The position numbers and the translations under genes were made by a program. DNA of 63,441 bases, the filler included, from Chiloscyllium plagiosum (lineage: Eukaryota): the NCBI RefSeq assembly GCF_004010195.1. It is 3 parts of one record of this genome, joined end to end, with 100 filler letters (N's around TTAATTAATTAA, not from the genome) between each part and the next. Parts side by side here need not be neighbours in the genome. Positions count along the whole stretch, not along the records: positions 1 to 31,197 come from NC_057713.1; positions 31,298 to 59,723 come from NC_057713.1; 1 more part is not named here. One strand, 5' to 3'. Positions 24,560 through 37,690 of the stretch are shown here, in pieces (the first letter of the stretch is position 1; each line of letters begins with the position of its first letter). Below the pieces are notes generated by a model. The model saw only the letters and a program-made list of their open reading frames with translations. It was not told the DNA's origin and made no database searches.

Positions 24560-27000
24560 CATTAAGTATCTGCTGATGGAATTACCATCCTCCAGGACCT
24601 CTGAGCGACCTTGTTCTCCAAGAGATGCTGAGGAAAAGTCTGAAACAACAAAGATGGAAACTGTTGAGACTTTTTTTCTGCCTAGCGTATGTTGCTCAGA
24701 CCTCACCACTGCACAGGACAAAGGCCTGGTAGATTTGCAGTTTAGTGTTTTCATTCATGTTGCTGCTGTTCCATACTCTGTTATTCTGCTTGAACACAAA
24801 ATCAGTAACTTTTGTAACATCTGTATTAACTTCAGTATCAAGTAATAAAATAGCTGGTGACTGTGGAGCTTGGGTATATTACACCATCTACAATCTGCAG
24901 GATTACATTTCCAATCCTGATTGAAGGGGGCATGGCAACATACTGCATTGTAAGATTTGACTTTCTGATGCTAATGGTCAAAACACATCTTTTATAGATG
25001 GGAGAGGGTTTGTCCAATGCTGAAGATATTACTTGCTAGCCAGGAATTCAAATGCAGCATTATCAGAGTAGAGCAATTGTTTGAGTACTTGCTGCACTTT
25101 CATCTTGTGTATCGGGCAGGCAAAGTTGAATAGATTTCTGTCATTCTGGTATATAAGTCTGTACTTTCTGTAAATAATCTGAAGGCATATCACATTAGCA
25201 AAGAAAAGAATGTACCAAAGAGTGTCTGTGCCAAAACACAACCCTGTTTACTCCACAGCGGACTCTAAAGGGTTCCAATGTTGCCACTTCATAGCTTATC
25301 CGTCAAATTGTCATGATAAGAGATGACATTGAGTAGCTTTAGCAGGTAAGCAATTCTCTCCACCAATTTAAATAGACTGCTTCTGTGCACAGGGTTGAAT
25401 GCTTTGCTGAGATTAAAGAACGGAATATAAAATGGACTCCTTCGATTTTAATGTTTGTATTGAGGCTACCAAACCAAGAACATCACATCAATTTGCAGAT
25501 TTTATTATTCTGTGACCACACTATGTTGAACCAGGATCTGCAGTCTCACAAGGGAAATACATGAGACCAAATGCTTTTCCCCACAGTGTTCAGCAGGGTG
25601 ATGCCTCAACGTTGTTGTAATTTTTGGAATAATCTTTGTGTCAAACATCCTGAGCACTTCCCCCTCACTGCCCCTTTGTGACAGATAAGTTTGTGCAGTT
25701 TCTGTAGGAATGTTGATTTCCTGTGCTTGATGAGTTCAGATGATTTAGCATCAGGTTCTTGAGTCAATTTAATAAGCTCCTCCACTATGGATTCAGTATT
25801 CTACTCAGCATGACTTTCTTTGGTTTCCAGAATCTTCTCCATGGAAAGTGTGCAATGGAGTAGTTTTCAACGGACTGGCTTTCTTTGCTGATAGATCAGT
25901 TGCCTCTTTAGTTCCTTCATTCATTCACCTCACATTCCCCATGGTGAAAGATATATGGATATTTCTGGCAAAGTTGAAATAAGTACTCATTGGTGCATCA
26001 TCTGGCAATCTGTTGGACTTTACTTCAAACTAACCTTAATATGTTGAGTGTTTATGCTTGGACTTTTGTAATTAATGAGAGCAGACAACTTGGCTTCAAT
26101 GACAGATTCTTTAAGAGTGATGTTAGTTTCAAATCAGTCACATTTCTGCTGTTGCTTCCCAAAGGTTATTATAGATAGTGTCTTCAAGTATGATCCGTTT
26201 AGCTTCTATACTCTATGTCAGGATCCCAGAGGGCTCTTGTTAAAGTGTGTCAAGGAACTATTGATATTAGGATGGTGTCTCTGCTTTGAATTAGAACACT
26301 TTAAGAGTTGTATTTTAAACTGGTGCATATTAGGCATGGTCTGTATCACAGTCAGTGCTGCAGATGCTGCATATATTTAGAATGTGGTTGAGAGAAGCAC
26401 ATCTGGTGATAATCATATCGAATTGGTGCCAATGGCTTGATTATGGATGTCTCCAGATACCTAATGGTGTGGTTTGTGCTGAAAATGTATGGTAGCAGCA
26501 AACCCTCAAGTAGTTTCTAACCATTCTTATTTATCCCTCCCAGGCCATGTAGCCCAAGGTATAAAGGCCTCATGATCCACACCTTTCATTGCGTTAAAAT
26601 CTCACAGTAGGTGAAGATATTCAGACTTGCATAATCTGCTTCTAGCCGTTTTAAACTCTTCATAAAACTGATCCTTTGCTTCTGTAGTGAAGGATAGCTT
26701 TGGAAACCCTAAACTGGTAGAGCTGCTTGCAGCTTATCGGCTGTGCTCAGCAGGTGAATAAAATCTACTGCAGAAGTCAGGCAAACTTTAAGAGAAAGGA
26801 AAATGTCAATTCGAACTGCAAGGCAGGACTATGTGCAGGGGACTGTCAGTGATTGATAGCTGCCTAATAATGAACGAAGCTGTCTATATAAAGCAGAACA
26901 CAGATATAGCATCCTTACAGGTTTTCCAAGAGTGAATCACTTATTGAAAATGTTACATGTTCACCCTGCAGGGGCAGAGCTCAGAAACTTGTGAGCATGG
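24560..27000 (-). mobile_element. Highly degenerate RTE-clade LINE
   Basis: IYQNDRNLFN...KQLLYSDNAA resembles RTE YRTDGKLFN...ELLYADD. SSHWHQFDMII near 26410-26440 resembles the RTE endonuclease HWH.LD motif. Boundaries approximate. Confidence 0.65.
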
Positions 27001-28559
27001 TGTGGACTAAGGAATTCACTACACTCAGTGATAGAACCTCTGATTTTTAAGGAAGCTATATTGGTATTCTATTTATGAACATCCATATTAATCACAGTCA
27101 TTTTGTGTGCCATATTGGACAGATGTAAATTCCCTACATTGGTCCTGACATTCGAGTTCAAGATTGCATTTTCCTTTTCCTAAAAATTAGCCTGATTCCA
27201 GAAGTGGATTTTAATCACCTCTTGACCAGAGCCTATAAGCTGCAAGCACTCATTGAGCTGAAGCCTGGTCTGAGGTGGCTGACCAGTGGAATAAGGAGGC
27301 CTTTCCTACTGTCAGAATCACCCTTATCACTAATTCTCTACAATAATTGAGTTGGGCTTATCACTTGTAACTGCTGTATCCTGCCTTGTATTACGATTCT
27401 GCAACGAACTAGATAACTTTATAGAGATTGCTGCCCCTTGTGACTTCCTGGTTATATTCAAAGATATGTATTAACTTGATTGCAGAAGTTTCGAAAAAGG
27501 TGTCATATTTAGACATAAGTTCCTCTTTGGGTCCTGCGCCAGATATTTTGTTAGTATTTGCTCCTTTAATCTTTCACTCTCCTGAGATACTAACAAGTTT
27601 GTGGAGCAAGGGGTTTACCCAAAGCAGGATGCACTGGTACATGAGAAGCAGGATGCATCCATATCTGCACTGCATGTTTTAGGGTCAAACCTCCTTCAGG
27701 TTGCTCTGGAGCTGTAGCCACGGGCTGTGAGGAACCCAGTCTCCTGCCGTTGACATGGGGAGTTGCTGACAGAGAGACTCTGTATTAACATAAAGGAACT
27801 TGCACATTTGGCTGTCATTTTCATATTAATCCTAGCCAGGAGTGTAGACTGAAAGTAAAAACCAAGCTAGAACACTAACTCTTTTCAGCACGTACTAGAC
27901 ACATTATCGTTGAGATGTTGGACATACTTGATATGGGTCTGATATAAGCCCCACCAGACACAGATTCCTACCCTACAGTAAATGAGTGAAACAAAATGGT
28001 TTTTAACACTTCGATAAGAGGTTTTATTGATTTTTTTTTACATACCATTTTTTATTAACTGAATTAAATTCCCAAACCCATACCTACAGGAAATTATTTG
28101 CCTTTTAGAGTAAGAATTGTACCTTTTAGAGTAAGAATTGAATAAATAATTGAAGCAAAGGGAATGTTCGAGAAAAAGAATGAGAGAAACCTGGAACATG
28201 GACTTGGGCAGCTTGGCTGCTACTGTTAGGCCCAGATCTTTCACCACTGAGAATGACATGGCATCGCCATGACCTGAAAGGTTTCCTCCATAGGATGCAC
28301 CATTCATACGAGTCTAACATCTCCAGAAACCCTGTTCTCAATGGCCTAGAATGGGTTCCAGCCTCTGAATTTCACTTTCATCAGAAAGGTAATTAATTTG
28401 AAATACTAAGTCTCCTTCTCCATCCATTAGATCTGCACAGTATTTCTAGTATGTTCTATGTGAACGCAAGCCAAGTTTGTTTAGCCCATTAATCCCTGGT
28501 AAAAGGCTGATAAACCTACATTGTACCTGCAGTACCTACATAACTCTATAGAATCTCCA

Positions 28560-28682
28560 GTTCTGACGAAGGGTAATTGGACCCAAAATGTTAACTCTAA
28601 TTTCTCTCCACAGATTCTGCCAGATTTGCTGTGATTTTTCAATAATTTCTATTTTAGTTTCTGATTTCCAGCATTTGCAGTT
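28560..28682 (+). mobile_element. Short PLE terminal remnant with degenerate hammerhead
   Basis: CTGACGA-AGGGT..ACCC-AAAA-TGTTA followed by ctccacaga..ctgccaga. Related remnants near 18970, 37330 (-) and 40157. Confidence 0.6.
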
Positions 28683-28835
28683 CTTTCTGTTATTCCAATA
28701 TATTTTTAGCTGAAACTTTAGTGCCTAAGATTTAATGCAAAACTGCAGAAAGTGAGACCAAGGCTCTGTAAAATTACGATTTATGTGTCTAGCTAGTCAG
28801 TTTGCAATTTCACAATGTGGTTTTCTTCCTTCCAG

Positions 28836-28949
28836 CAAAATTACCTCAATGCCATGGCTCAGCCTCAACCAGTAACCATAAGGAAGAAGCCAGGAATAAT
28901 CACCCAAACCATCAAGAACAAACCACCCTCTATCTTCAGTGTTACCTAG
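28836..28949 (+). CDS. KIF9: KIF9 last coding exon (stop TAG at 28947-28949)
   Basis: Acceptor ttttcttccttccag|CAA, phase 0. Encodes QNYLNAMAQPQPVTIRKKPGIITQTIKNKPPSIFSVT* (cf. human HNYLKTM). Followed by AATAAA signals. Confidence 0.85.
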   Translation, partial: QNYLNAMAQPQPVTIRKKPGIITQTIKNKPPSIFSVT

Positions 28950-29085
28950 CAGTTATACTAATAGAAAATAAAGCTAAAAAGGACCGTCCAGCATAAATAC
29001 TGCTCAATAACATGTTTTTTCTAAAACAACAAGCTGGCAACAAATTTAAGGCCAGCAGCCCCAAATTAAGGTTTGTACAAAGTTA

Positions 29086-29091
29086 AATAAA
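29086..29091 (+). promoter_or_regulatory. Candidate KIF9 polyadenylation signal (another AATAAA at 28967-28972)
   Basis: AATAAA about 140 nt after the stop, followed by a GT/T-rich stretch (attgtgtttt). Confidence 0.5.
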
Positions 29092-29824
29092 TCAATCAAA
29101 ATCTCATATTGTGTTTTACTACCTGCAAGCATGTTTAGTTTTAAATTGGGTTTGTTCTCACATGTAGTTCTCAGACATGGAGTCAGCCCTGGATACCAAG
29201 TAAATAAATGTACTAGCTAGTGTATACTTAAAGGCAACTTTCTGCCTGTATTCAGTAATTCAATCTTTGTATATGGTTCAGGATTCATTCAGCAGCCTCT
29301 ATTGAGTTAGCTGATCTCTGGACAATGATCACATGCATGAGTACTATTTGTGAATTGAATTTCCCATTCCACAAGTACCCAATCACTGTGGGATACTCTC
29401 AGTACCACTACAGACCAAACAATAAACCTGGGACCTCTGCACATAAGACAAAACCACTGATGCAACTGCAATTAGTTAGCATGTTCAATATTGAAAGATA
29501 GGTCTGAGTTGAATGTTGTGCTGAAAACATACAGCGTTCCAAGGTCAGGGAAGATAGAGTCGACATAGTCCCAGAAGACCATAGTCAGATACAGCTTAGT
29601 TGGATACAGAGTAAAACTCCCATTCCAAACACTGCCTTACCCACAATTTCAGAATGAACAAGTATGACATTTTTCCATTGCTCACATGAAAATCTGACTC
29701 TGACTGCCCAACCATATTTCAAACCAGGAGACCGAGCTGGAAAATAGTCCTGGAGGAGGAAAGCCATCACTTCTCCTCTTACCAACACTTAACAATAACA
29801 CATGTACGTTTGTGAGATGGATGG

Positions 29825-30060
29825 TCAATGATCTCCTGCAGCAATGTATTCCTTCACCACTGAGTCCAGGATCTCAAAGGCCTGCATGAAGTCTTCCTCT
29901 TCACAACCGTGTTTCCAGTACCAATGGAGGTAGGCATGGGCATCGTACATAGTCTGGGCCTTCTCTAGGACACGCTGAATATAATCTGACACACTGCTGT
30001 GGTTGGCACAAATGGTCAGAGAATGGCTGGACGACATCAGGTCAACAATATTGCAAGGAT
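29825..30060 (-). CDS. Terminal coding exon of a delta/zeta-class tubulin, most likely zeta-tubulin (often annotated 'tubulin delta chain-like' or 'cryptic tubulin')
   Basis: Minus-strand acceptor cttcccatctcttttaag|AT (phase 1). Encodes (D)PCNIVDLMSSSHSLTICANHSSVSDYIQRVLEKAQTMYDAHAYLHWYWKHGCEEEDFMQAFEILDSVVKEYIAAGDH*. This has the tubulin C-terminal AYLHWY..G.EE.DF motif and no acidic tail. SHSLT.CANHSS and HWY fit zeta better than delta (AYIHQY). Confidence 0.85.
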
Positions 30061-30635
30061 CTTAAAAGAGATGGGAAGAAAAATCACCAACTTCAGAAAT
30101 CCAAAGCATACAATCCTAAAATATTTATTCCACAAATATGTTAAAACTGTACTTAAAATTTTATTGAATAAGAAAAGCTCATTTTCCCAAAGATCCCGTA
30201 CACCTTTTCCCAATCATGATCTCAACCCACCAATTTAATCTCCTCCGACAGACTCACTACACTACCCTGTACATTTTGTCCCTGTACTGTTTTTCAGAGA
30301 CAGGTCACCTCTAACTTTCATCCCAGTTTAAAAACATTATCAACAACTAAATAATGTCACTGATCAACATCTTCAGGTTTACCATGAACCAGAAACTGAA
30401 CAGAACTGGCCATATAAATTATGCGGCTACAAGAGCAGGTAAAAGCTAAGAGTCTGGTGAATGACTTACCTTTTGAATGTCCAAACTCCCATTTACAAGT
30501 TTTATAATGCCATCTGATTATGATACCAGACAAGTCAGGTGCCAGAGAGAAACCTCGCTTGTTAGATCATAAGCATTATTTTTATAGTTTGGTTACACAG
30601 TCACTGATCTTATTCACACATAGCTGGCAATGTTA

Positions 30636-32240
30636 GAACATAGAACAGTACAGCACAGAACAGGCCCTTCAGCCCACGATGTTGTGCTGACCATTGATCC
30701 TCATGTATGCACCCTCAAATTTCTGTGACCATATGCATGTCCAGTAGTCTCTTAAATGTCCCCAATGACCTTGCTTCCACAACTGCTGCTGGCAACGCAT
30801 TCCGTGCTCTCACAACTCTCTGTGTAAAGAACCCGCCTCTGACATCCTCTCCATACTCTCCTCCAACCAGCTTAAAACTATGACCCCTCGTGTTAGTCAT
30901 TTCTGCCCTGGGAAATAGTCTCTGGCTATCGACTCTATCTATGCCTCTCACTATCTTGTATACCTCAATTAGGTCCCCTCACCTCCTCCTTTTCTCCAAT
31001 GAAAAAAGTCCGAGCTCAGTCAACCTCTCTTCATAAGACAAGCCCTCCAGTCCAGGCAGCATCCTGGTAAACCACCTCTGAACCCTCTCCAAAGCATCCA
31101 CATCTTTCCTATAATAGGGCGACCAGAACTGGACACAATATTCCAGGTGCGGTCTAACCAAAGTTTTATAGAGCTGCAACAAGATCTCACGACTCTTNNN
31201 NNNNNNNNNNNNNNNNNNNNNNNNNNNNNNNNNNNNNNNNNTTAATTAATTAANNNNNNNNNNNNNNNNNNNNNNNNNNNNNNNNNNNNNNNNNNNNTAT
31301 CAATCTCTGCCTTGAAGACATTTAGCGTCCCGGCTTCCACTGCACTCCGTGGCAATGAATTCCACAGGCCCACTCTCTGGCTGAAGAAATGTCTCCGCAT
31401 TTCTGTTCTGAAATGACTCCCTCTAATTCTAAGGCTGTGTCCACGGGTCCTAGTCTCTTCGTTTAACTGAAACAATTTCCTAGCATCCACCTTTTCCAAG
31501 CCATGTATTATTTTGTATGTCTCTATTAAGTCTCCCCTTAATCTTCTAAACTCCAATGAATACAATCCCAGTATCCTCAGCCGTTTTTCATATGTTAGAC
31601 CTGTCATTCCAGGGATCATCCGTGTGAATCTCCGCTGGTCACGTTCCAGTGCCAGTATGTCCTTCCTGAGGTGTGGGGACCAAAACTGGACACAGTACTC
31701 CAAATGGGGCCTAACCAGAGCTTTATAATGTCTTAGTGGTACATCTCTGCTTTTATATTCCAACCCTCTTGAGATAAGAGACAACATTGCATTCGCTTTC
31801 TTAATCACGGGCTCAACCTGCATGTTTACCTTTAGAGAATCCTGGACTAGCACTCCCAGATCCCTTTGTGGTTTGGCTTTATTAATTTTCTCACCATTTA
31901 GTAAGTAGTCTATGCTTTTATTCTTTTTGCCAAAGTGCAAGACCTCGCACTTGCTCACGTTAAATTCCATCAGCCATTTCCTGGACCACTCTCCCAACCT
32001 GTCTAGATCCTTCTGTAGCCTCCCCACTTCCTCAGTACTACCCTGCCTTCCACCTAACTTCGTATCATCGGCAAACTTCGCTAGAATGCCCCCGGTTCCC
32101 TCATCCAAATCATTAATATATAATGCGAACAACTGTGGCCTCAGCACCGAACCCTGCGGGACACCGCTCGTCACCAGCTGCCATTCTGAAAAAGAACCTT
32201 TTATCCCAACTCTCTGCCTTCTGTTAGACAGCCAATCCTC
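30636..32240 (-). mobile_element. CR1 LINE copies on either side of a gap
   Basis: ORF 31242-32174: [32 protein letters not shown]. Tail at 30636. Confidence 0.9.
31242..31253. other. Artificial scaffold linker within gap
   Basis: TTAATTAATTAA flanked by N runs. Confidence 0.9.
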
Positions 32241-32529
32241 AGCTAAATGTCTTCAAAGCCGAGGTTGATAGATTCTTGTTGTCTAGAGGAATTAAGGGCT
32301 ACGGGGAGAACGCTGGTAAGTGGAGCTGAAATGCGCATCAGCCATGATTGAATGACGGAGTGGACTCGATGGGCCGAATGGCCTTACTTCCACTCCTATG
32401 TCTTATGGTCTTATGGTCTTATGTTACCCAGTATGGTGATGAAACGCCTGAAAACAAACCTTCCTGCTCAGCGAACTAAATTACATACTTATCATCAACC
32501 TGAGGTACAAATCTTCTCAAACAAATGTT

Positions 32530-33541
32530 AATTTTTCACCTTGGCAACTTGTAACCAGTGGGATCCTACAGGGATCAGTGTTGGGAATGCAACCGTTTAC
32601 AATATGTATTAATGACTCGAGGGAAGGAAGCAAGTGTGGCCAAATTTACAGATTTCACAAATATAGGTGAAAAGGTAGGTTGTAAGAGGGATACAAACAG
32701 TTTACAGAGAGATATTGATTGGTTAAAAAAGTGGGTGAAAGTTGGTAAGTGGCGTTATTAGGTCACTTTGGAAGGGAGAACAAAAGAACATAATAGTACT
32801 TAAATAGAAAAAAACTGCAGAAAGCTGCAACACAAAGGGATTTGGGAATACTTGTGGTAAAACATAGGAAGCTAGAACACAGTGCATCAAATAATCAGGA
32901 AGACCAATGGAATGTTGGCCTTTATTTCAAGAGGATTGGAGTGTACGAGTAAGAAAGTCTTACTGCAACTGTTCAAGATACTGTGAGATCACATCTGAAA
33001 TACTATGAACATATTTGGTTTCATTATTTAAGAAAATATATTATTTCACTGGAGGCCATTCAAACAAGGTTCACGAGGAAGATCCTTTGTTTAGAGGGAT
33101 TAACTTATGAGTGAAGGCTAACAGGTTGGGACTCTACCCATTGAAATTTAGGAGAATGAGAGAGGTTTCACTGAAACAGACAGGATTCTTAAGGGCTTGA
33201 AGGTTAAGTGCTGAGAGGATGTTTCCCTTCACGGAAGAGTCTAGCACCAGTCAGCGTAATCTCAGAATTGTGGAGTGCCAATTTAAGGAGTTTCTTCTCT
33301 CAGAGGGTTGTGAGTCTTTGGAACGTCTTGCCAAAGGGTGCTATGGAGGCAGAGTCCTTGTGTATATGTAAGCCTGAGATAGATAGATTCCTGATCATTA
33401 AGGGAATGAAGGGTCATGGGGAAAGTGGAGAAAGGTGGATATGAGTAGTGTTGGATCAGCCATGATCCTTTAGAATAGTGGAGCAGGCACCGAAGGCCAA
33501 ATGGCCTACTCCTGTTCCTATTTATTGTGGTCTTATGGTCT
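32530..33541 (+). mobile_element. Degenerate CR1 LINE
   Basis: FFSQRVVSLWN; ggtcttatggtc tail. Confidence 0.8.
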
Positions 33542-34293
33542 TAAACAATACAAAGGTGTAGGAAATCGATATAAACTGCTTTGGTGTAAAATAAGGTACT
33601 CTTCTAAGGTTGAAACTGAAGTAAATTATTGGGGTAGAGAGGTGGGAGTTTTACACTACATCTAATTCACATTGACCTGAATTGGCAATGTTTGATGAGG
33701 AAGTACAGAGACAGTGTTGTTAATTTCTAAGCTAACACACACTGAACATTACCACGGCTTTTTGGTAGAATAGTGGGCAGGAGTTTTTACTCTATATCTT
33801 AGCAATGCTGTACCAAACCTGGAGATGTCAACCAAACCCAGAGACTGGAGTACAAAATCTAAGTTGGCACTTCAGCATTGTCAAATATATTAGATGAGAT
33901 GTTAATTCAAGGCATCTCTTAGGGTGCAGCAGTTCATATGGTAGCAGCCACAGTTCTTTCGTTCTGCAGCAGTTTTCTGTTAGACTTGCATTTGAACCAT
34001 GACAGCAAGCCAAAGGGTACCTAGTGAGTGACAAGGATTGTTCCCCTCATGACATGGTTCCCTTCTCTGGTCAGGAAACCATTCATGCAGATGTAGATAG
34101 TAGTCATAAAGGGACAGTCATGCCACAAGGAATATTATATAGCACAGTTCTGGAATCATGAAGCAACCTTTCTGTGATCTGGAATACCCTTCAATACTTA
34201 GCTAAGTGGGTATCAAGGCTTGTGGTAATACACTGCATATGCAGAATCTTTCCATAATGAGAAACATATCTTACAACCTTCAGCAGAAAGGCC

Positions 34294-34900
34294 TCAGACA
34301 ATGGTCTTTCCCCACTGCACCTTGGCAGCAGCTGCCCTAAGCTTTAGTGCATCCCTCAGCATGTAGTTCTGAACCTTGGAACATGTCAGTCTCCAACATT
34401 CAGTTGGGGTCAACTTCTTGTACTGGAAGACCAACCAGTTTTGGGCAGACCAAAGAACGTCCTTCTCTGAATTGATCGTCCTCCAGGTCCATTTGATGTT
34501 TGTCTCGGTGTGCATCCTGCAGAAAAAGCCATAGAGCACAGCATCCTGTGTCATGGAGCTACTCAGAATGAACCTCGACAAAACCATTGCATCTTTCTCT
34601 AGACTTCTTTTGCAAAGGCACATTCCAGCAGGAGATGTGTGACAGTCTCAACCACCTTGCAGCTGCTTCAAGTGTAGTGTGCAGTGGTGCAGACTGACTA
34701 GGTGCACAAGAAGGATCTCGCAGGTAGTGCCCTTCTCACCACCAGCCAAGCAAAGTCTTAGTGCTTGTTGGAAAGTTCTGCTGATGAGGCAGTCTGCCAA
34801 ATGACTTTGACAGTTTGCTCAGGAAACCACCCAACAGAATCCATTCCTCTCCTTTTCCCTCAGGGTCTCAAGGACACTACATGCTGACCAATTCCTGATG
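34294..34900 (-). mobile_element. Tx1-clade non-LTR retrotransposon, ORF2 C-terminal fragment
   Basis: WRTINSEKDVLWSAQNWLVFQ...MLRDALKLRAAAAKVQWGKTIV*, resembling the C-terminus of Tx1-type ORF2. Confidence 0.65.
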
Positions 34901-35769
34901 GACTGGTGGTTGAGGAGGAAGCAGCACAACATACAATGGAGGAACAGGAAAGAAAGCTGTACTTAAATAGTCCCTTTTTATTGCATATGATCAAATTTTT
35001 CTTAAGCAATGCCATTAAGCTAAACAGCACATCACAATTCACCAAGGATCTTTGATCTCCAACCATATTTGTCTTCTTTTTGATAACAGAACAATGAAAC
35101 CTACCTGAAAATGCACATTCAAACCCAATGTGTAAGCTTCCTAAATAATGCATACAAAGTTAAACTAACAATTATTGTGCTTTCTCTTGGTATTTGACTT
35201 ACAAGCCTTTGCTGTCCTAGTGCTTCTACAAGGTGTTTCTACAGTGGATGCAGCTTGAATATTGGAATAATTGAATATTGCTGACATTAAGTTGAGGAAA
35301 ATGCAGAAAGCAATGGAAAATGACCTCAAGTACCCTTCCAGACAGCACCATTTTGATGTGGGCTACAGCATTCTGGGCTGGCTAGCAGGCTGAAATAGTA
35401 TAACACTGAGCTAGGTCAGCCCAGTGCTACTGCCACAGCCTGAGAAAACACCTCCTGCTGTTTTGCTGGGAACAAATTCAAGAACATTGCAGAGTAATTG
35501 AAAAATCGATTGGCAGTATTGATTAATAATTTTAATCTTGTTGCATCATCTGACTGCCAGAATAATAGAACTGGAACTGGATGGATCATAGTCTTTTTAT
35601 ATTTGGCAATCCTTATGAATCAATTTTAAGATCTTAGCCAAAGCAGCCATTGGGGCACTGTGACCAGCTTCTTCACCATTGGTAAGAGGTTAGGAAACAT
35701 CTGCCATGACTTAGTTCTAGCTGATAAAACCCAGTGAAATATTCAAGTGTACAAGATTGGGTCTACTTG

Positions 35770-36797
35770 CTATAGGAAACTTGAAAGGATGCAGAAAAGA
35801 CTTACAAGGATGTTGCCAGGTTGGAGGGTTTGCGCTATAGGGAGAGGCTGACTAGGCTAGGGCTATTTCCCTGGAGATTCGGAGGCTGAGGGGTAACATT
35901 AGAAAGTTTATAAAATCATGAGGGGCATGGATAGAGTGAATAGCCAACGTCTTCAATGTAGCTAAGTATGGAGTTCAATGTAGCTAAGTGTGAGGTGATT
36001 CACTTTGGTAAGAGTAATAAAAAGATGGGGTACTGGGCTAACGGTCGGATACTTGGTAGTGTGGATGAGCAGAGGGATCTTGGTGTCCATGTACACAAAT
36101 CTTTGAAAGTTGCCACCCAGGTAAATAGTGCGGTGAAGAAGGCATATGGCGTACTGGCTTTTATTGGTAGAGGAATTGAGTTCCGGAGTACTGAGGTCAT
36201 GTTGCAGTTGTATAAGACTCTGGTGCGGCCACATCTGGAGTATTGTGTGCAGTTTTGGCCGNNNNNNNNNNNNNNNNNNNNNNTCTTTACTCAGTGAGTC
36301 GTGAGTTCATGGAATGCCCTGCCAGTAGCAGTGGTGGACTCTCCTTCATTATGGGCATTTAAGCGGGCATTGGATAGACATATGGAGGATAGTGGGCTAG
36401 TGTAGGTTAGGTGGGCTTGGATCGGCGCAACATCGAGGGCCGAAGGGCCTGTACTGCGCTGTATTCTTCTATGTTCTATGTTCTATGTTCTATGTCTTTT
36501 CCCCAGAGTAGTGGAATCCAAAACTAGAGGGCATAGGTTTAAGGTGAGAGGGGTAACATTTAAAAGGGACCTGATTGTCACATTTTTCATGCAAAAGGTG
36601 GTGCGTCTATGGAATGAGAGTATAATCACAACATTAAAAAGGCATCTAGACAGTTACATGAATAGGAAGGACTTTGAAGGATATGGGCCAAATGCTGGCA
36701 AATGGAACTAGATTAATTTAGAATATCTGGTCATCGTGGATAAGATGGACCGAAAGGTCTGATTGCCTGCTGTACAACTCTATGATTCTCTGACTCT
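35770..36797 (+). mobile_element. CR1 (about 35955-36493) nested in an older CR1
   Basis: The outer copy reads through after the inner ttctatg tail (gtctt|...|tctttttccccagag). Confidence 0.8.
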
Positions 36798-37539
36798 ATA
36801 TCAGGAAACAACAGGATCAGCAGTGATGACCCAGAAGTCAAATAATTTGCTAACATTTGTTGCCTGTTGTGCTTAGCAAGAGTATACTGTGCTTATTTAG
36901 GAAAGGAGCTGAAATGGGACAGATTAAAAATATAAAGGCATTATGTGTTTCTGTGGGAAGCCACCAGGAAAATTCAGTAAGCAGAGGGCAGACTGGTGCT
37001 CCTGTGCCTCAGTTTATTTTATATTTCAATCATTTTGATTGAATTATTATTAGCCTGAAGGGAATGTGTGGCTTTAAGCCTGTTTTTGTCAAGTGAAGAG
37101 CATTAACAATGGTGAATGCTCTCTGCAAACAAGGACAGCATTTCTACTGAGTTTATTCTGCAAAGAAGTTGTCACTAGGAACCAACTGCTTTGCAATCCA
37201 GCAGTCTAGAGCAGTAAAACTTTTAAATGATCAATGTTTATTATTGTGCAATGAAGTTTAATGCAAGTGTACATGGGCACTGCTTAAACATTGCTCCCCA
37301 TGGGAAGCTCTCAGCATGTTTTATTCAAGCAGAAAATACTGAAAACACTCAGTAGATGAGGCAGCATCTGTAGAGATACAGCATAATTGACATTTTTTAA
37401 CTTAATCATGGGACATGGGCATACTTGGCTGGGCCAGAATTTATTGTCCGAACCTAGTTGTCATTGAGAAGGTGTTGGTGAGCTGTCCTCTTGAACTACT
37501 GCAGTCCATGTCCTGTAGGTAGATCCATAATGCCATTAG

Positions 37540-37690
37540 TCACATGACACCAGGTTACAGTCCAACAGATTTATTTGAAAGCATAAGCTTTCAGAGCACT
37601 GCTCCTTTGTCAGGTGAAAGCTTGTGATTTCAAGTAAACCTGTTGTTATAATCTGGTGTCATGTGACTTCTGACTTCGGCACCTCCACAT
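37540..37690. mobile_element. PLE-derived fold-back element
   Basis: Arms gtcacatgacaccag.. / ..ctggtgtcatgtgac. 14-bp direct repeat cataatgccattag at 37526-37539 and 37691-37704. Confidence 0.8.

Noticed and set aside
28101..28140. Short tandem duplications (also 5994-6057)
   Set aside because: Ordinary slippage duplications with no further structure.
29825..30060. Calling the exon TUBD1 or TUBE1
   Set aside because: Recalled delta C-terminus (SAVLVSNSQ..AYIHQY) differs, and the SHSLTICANHSS/AYLHWY pattern fits zeta better. Needs BLAST confirmation.
35203..35290. Minus-strand gtaagt donor as a candidate upstream tubulin exon
   Set aside because: No tubulin-like peptide, and the junction codon would not give the expected Asp.
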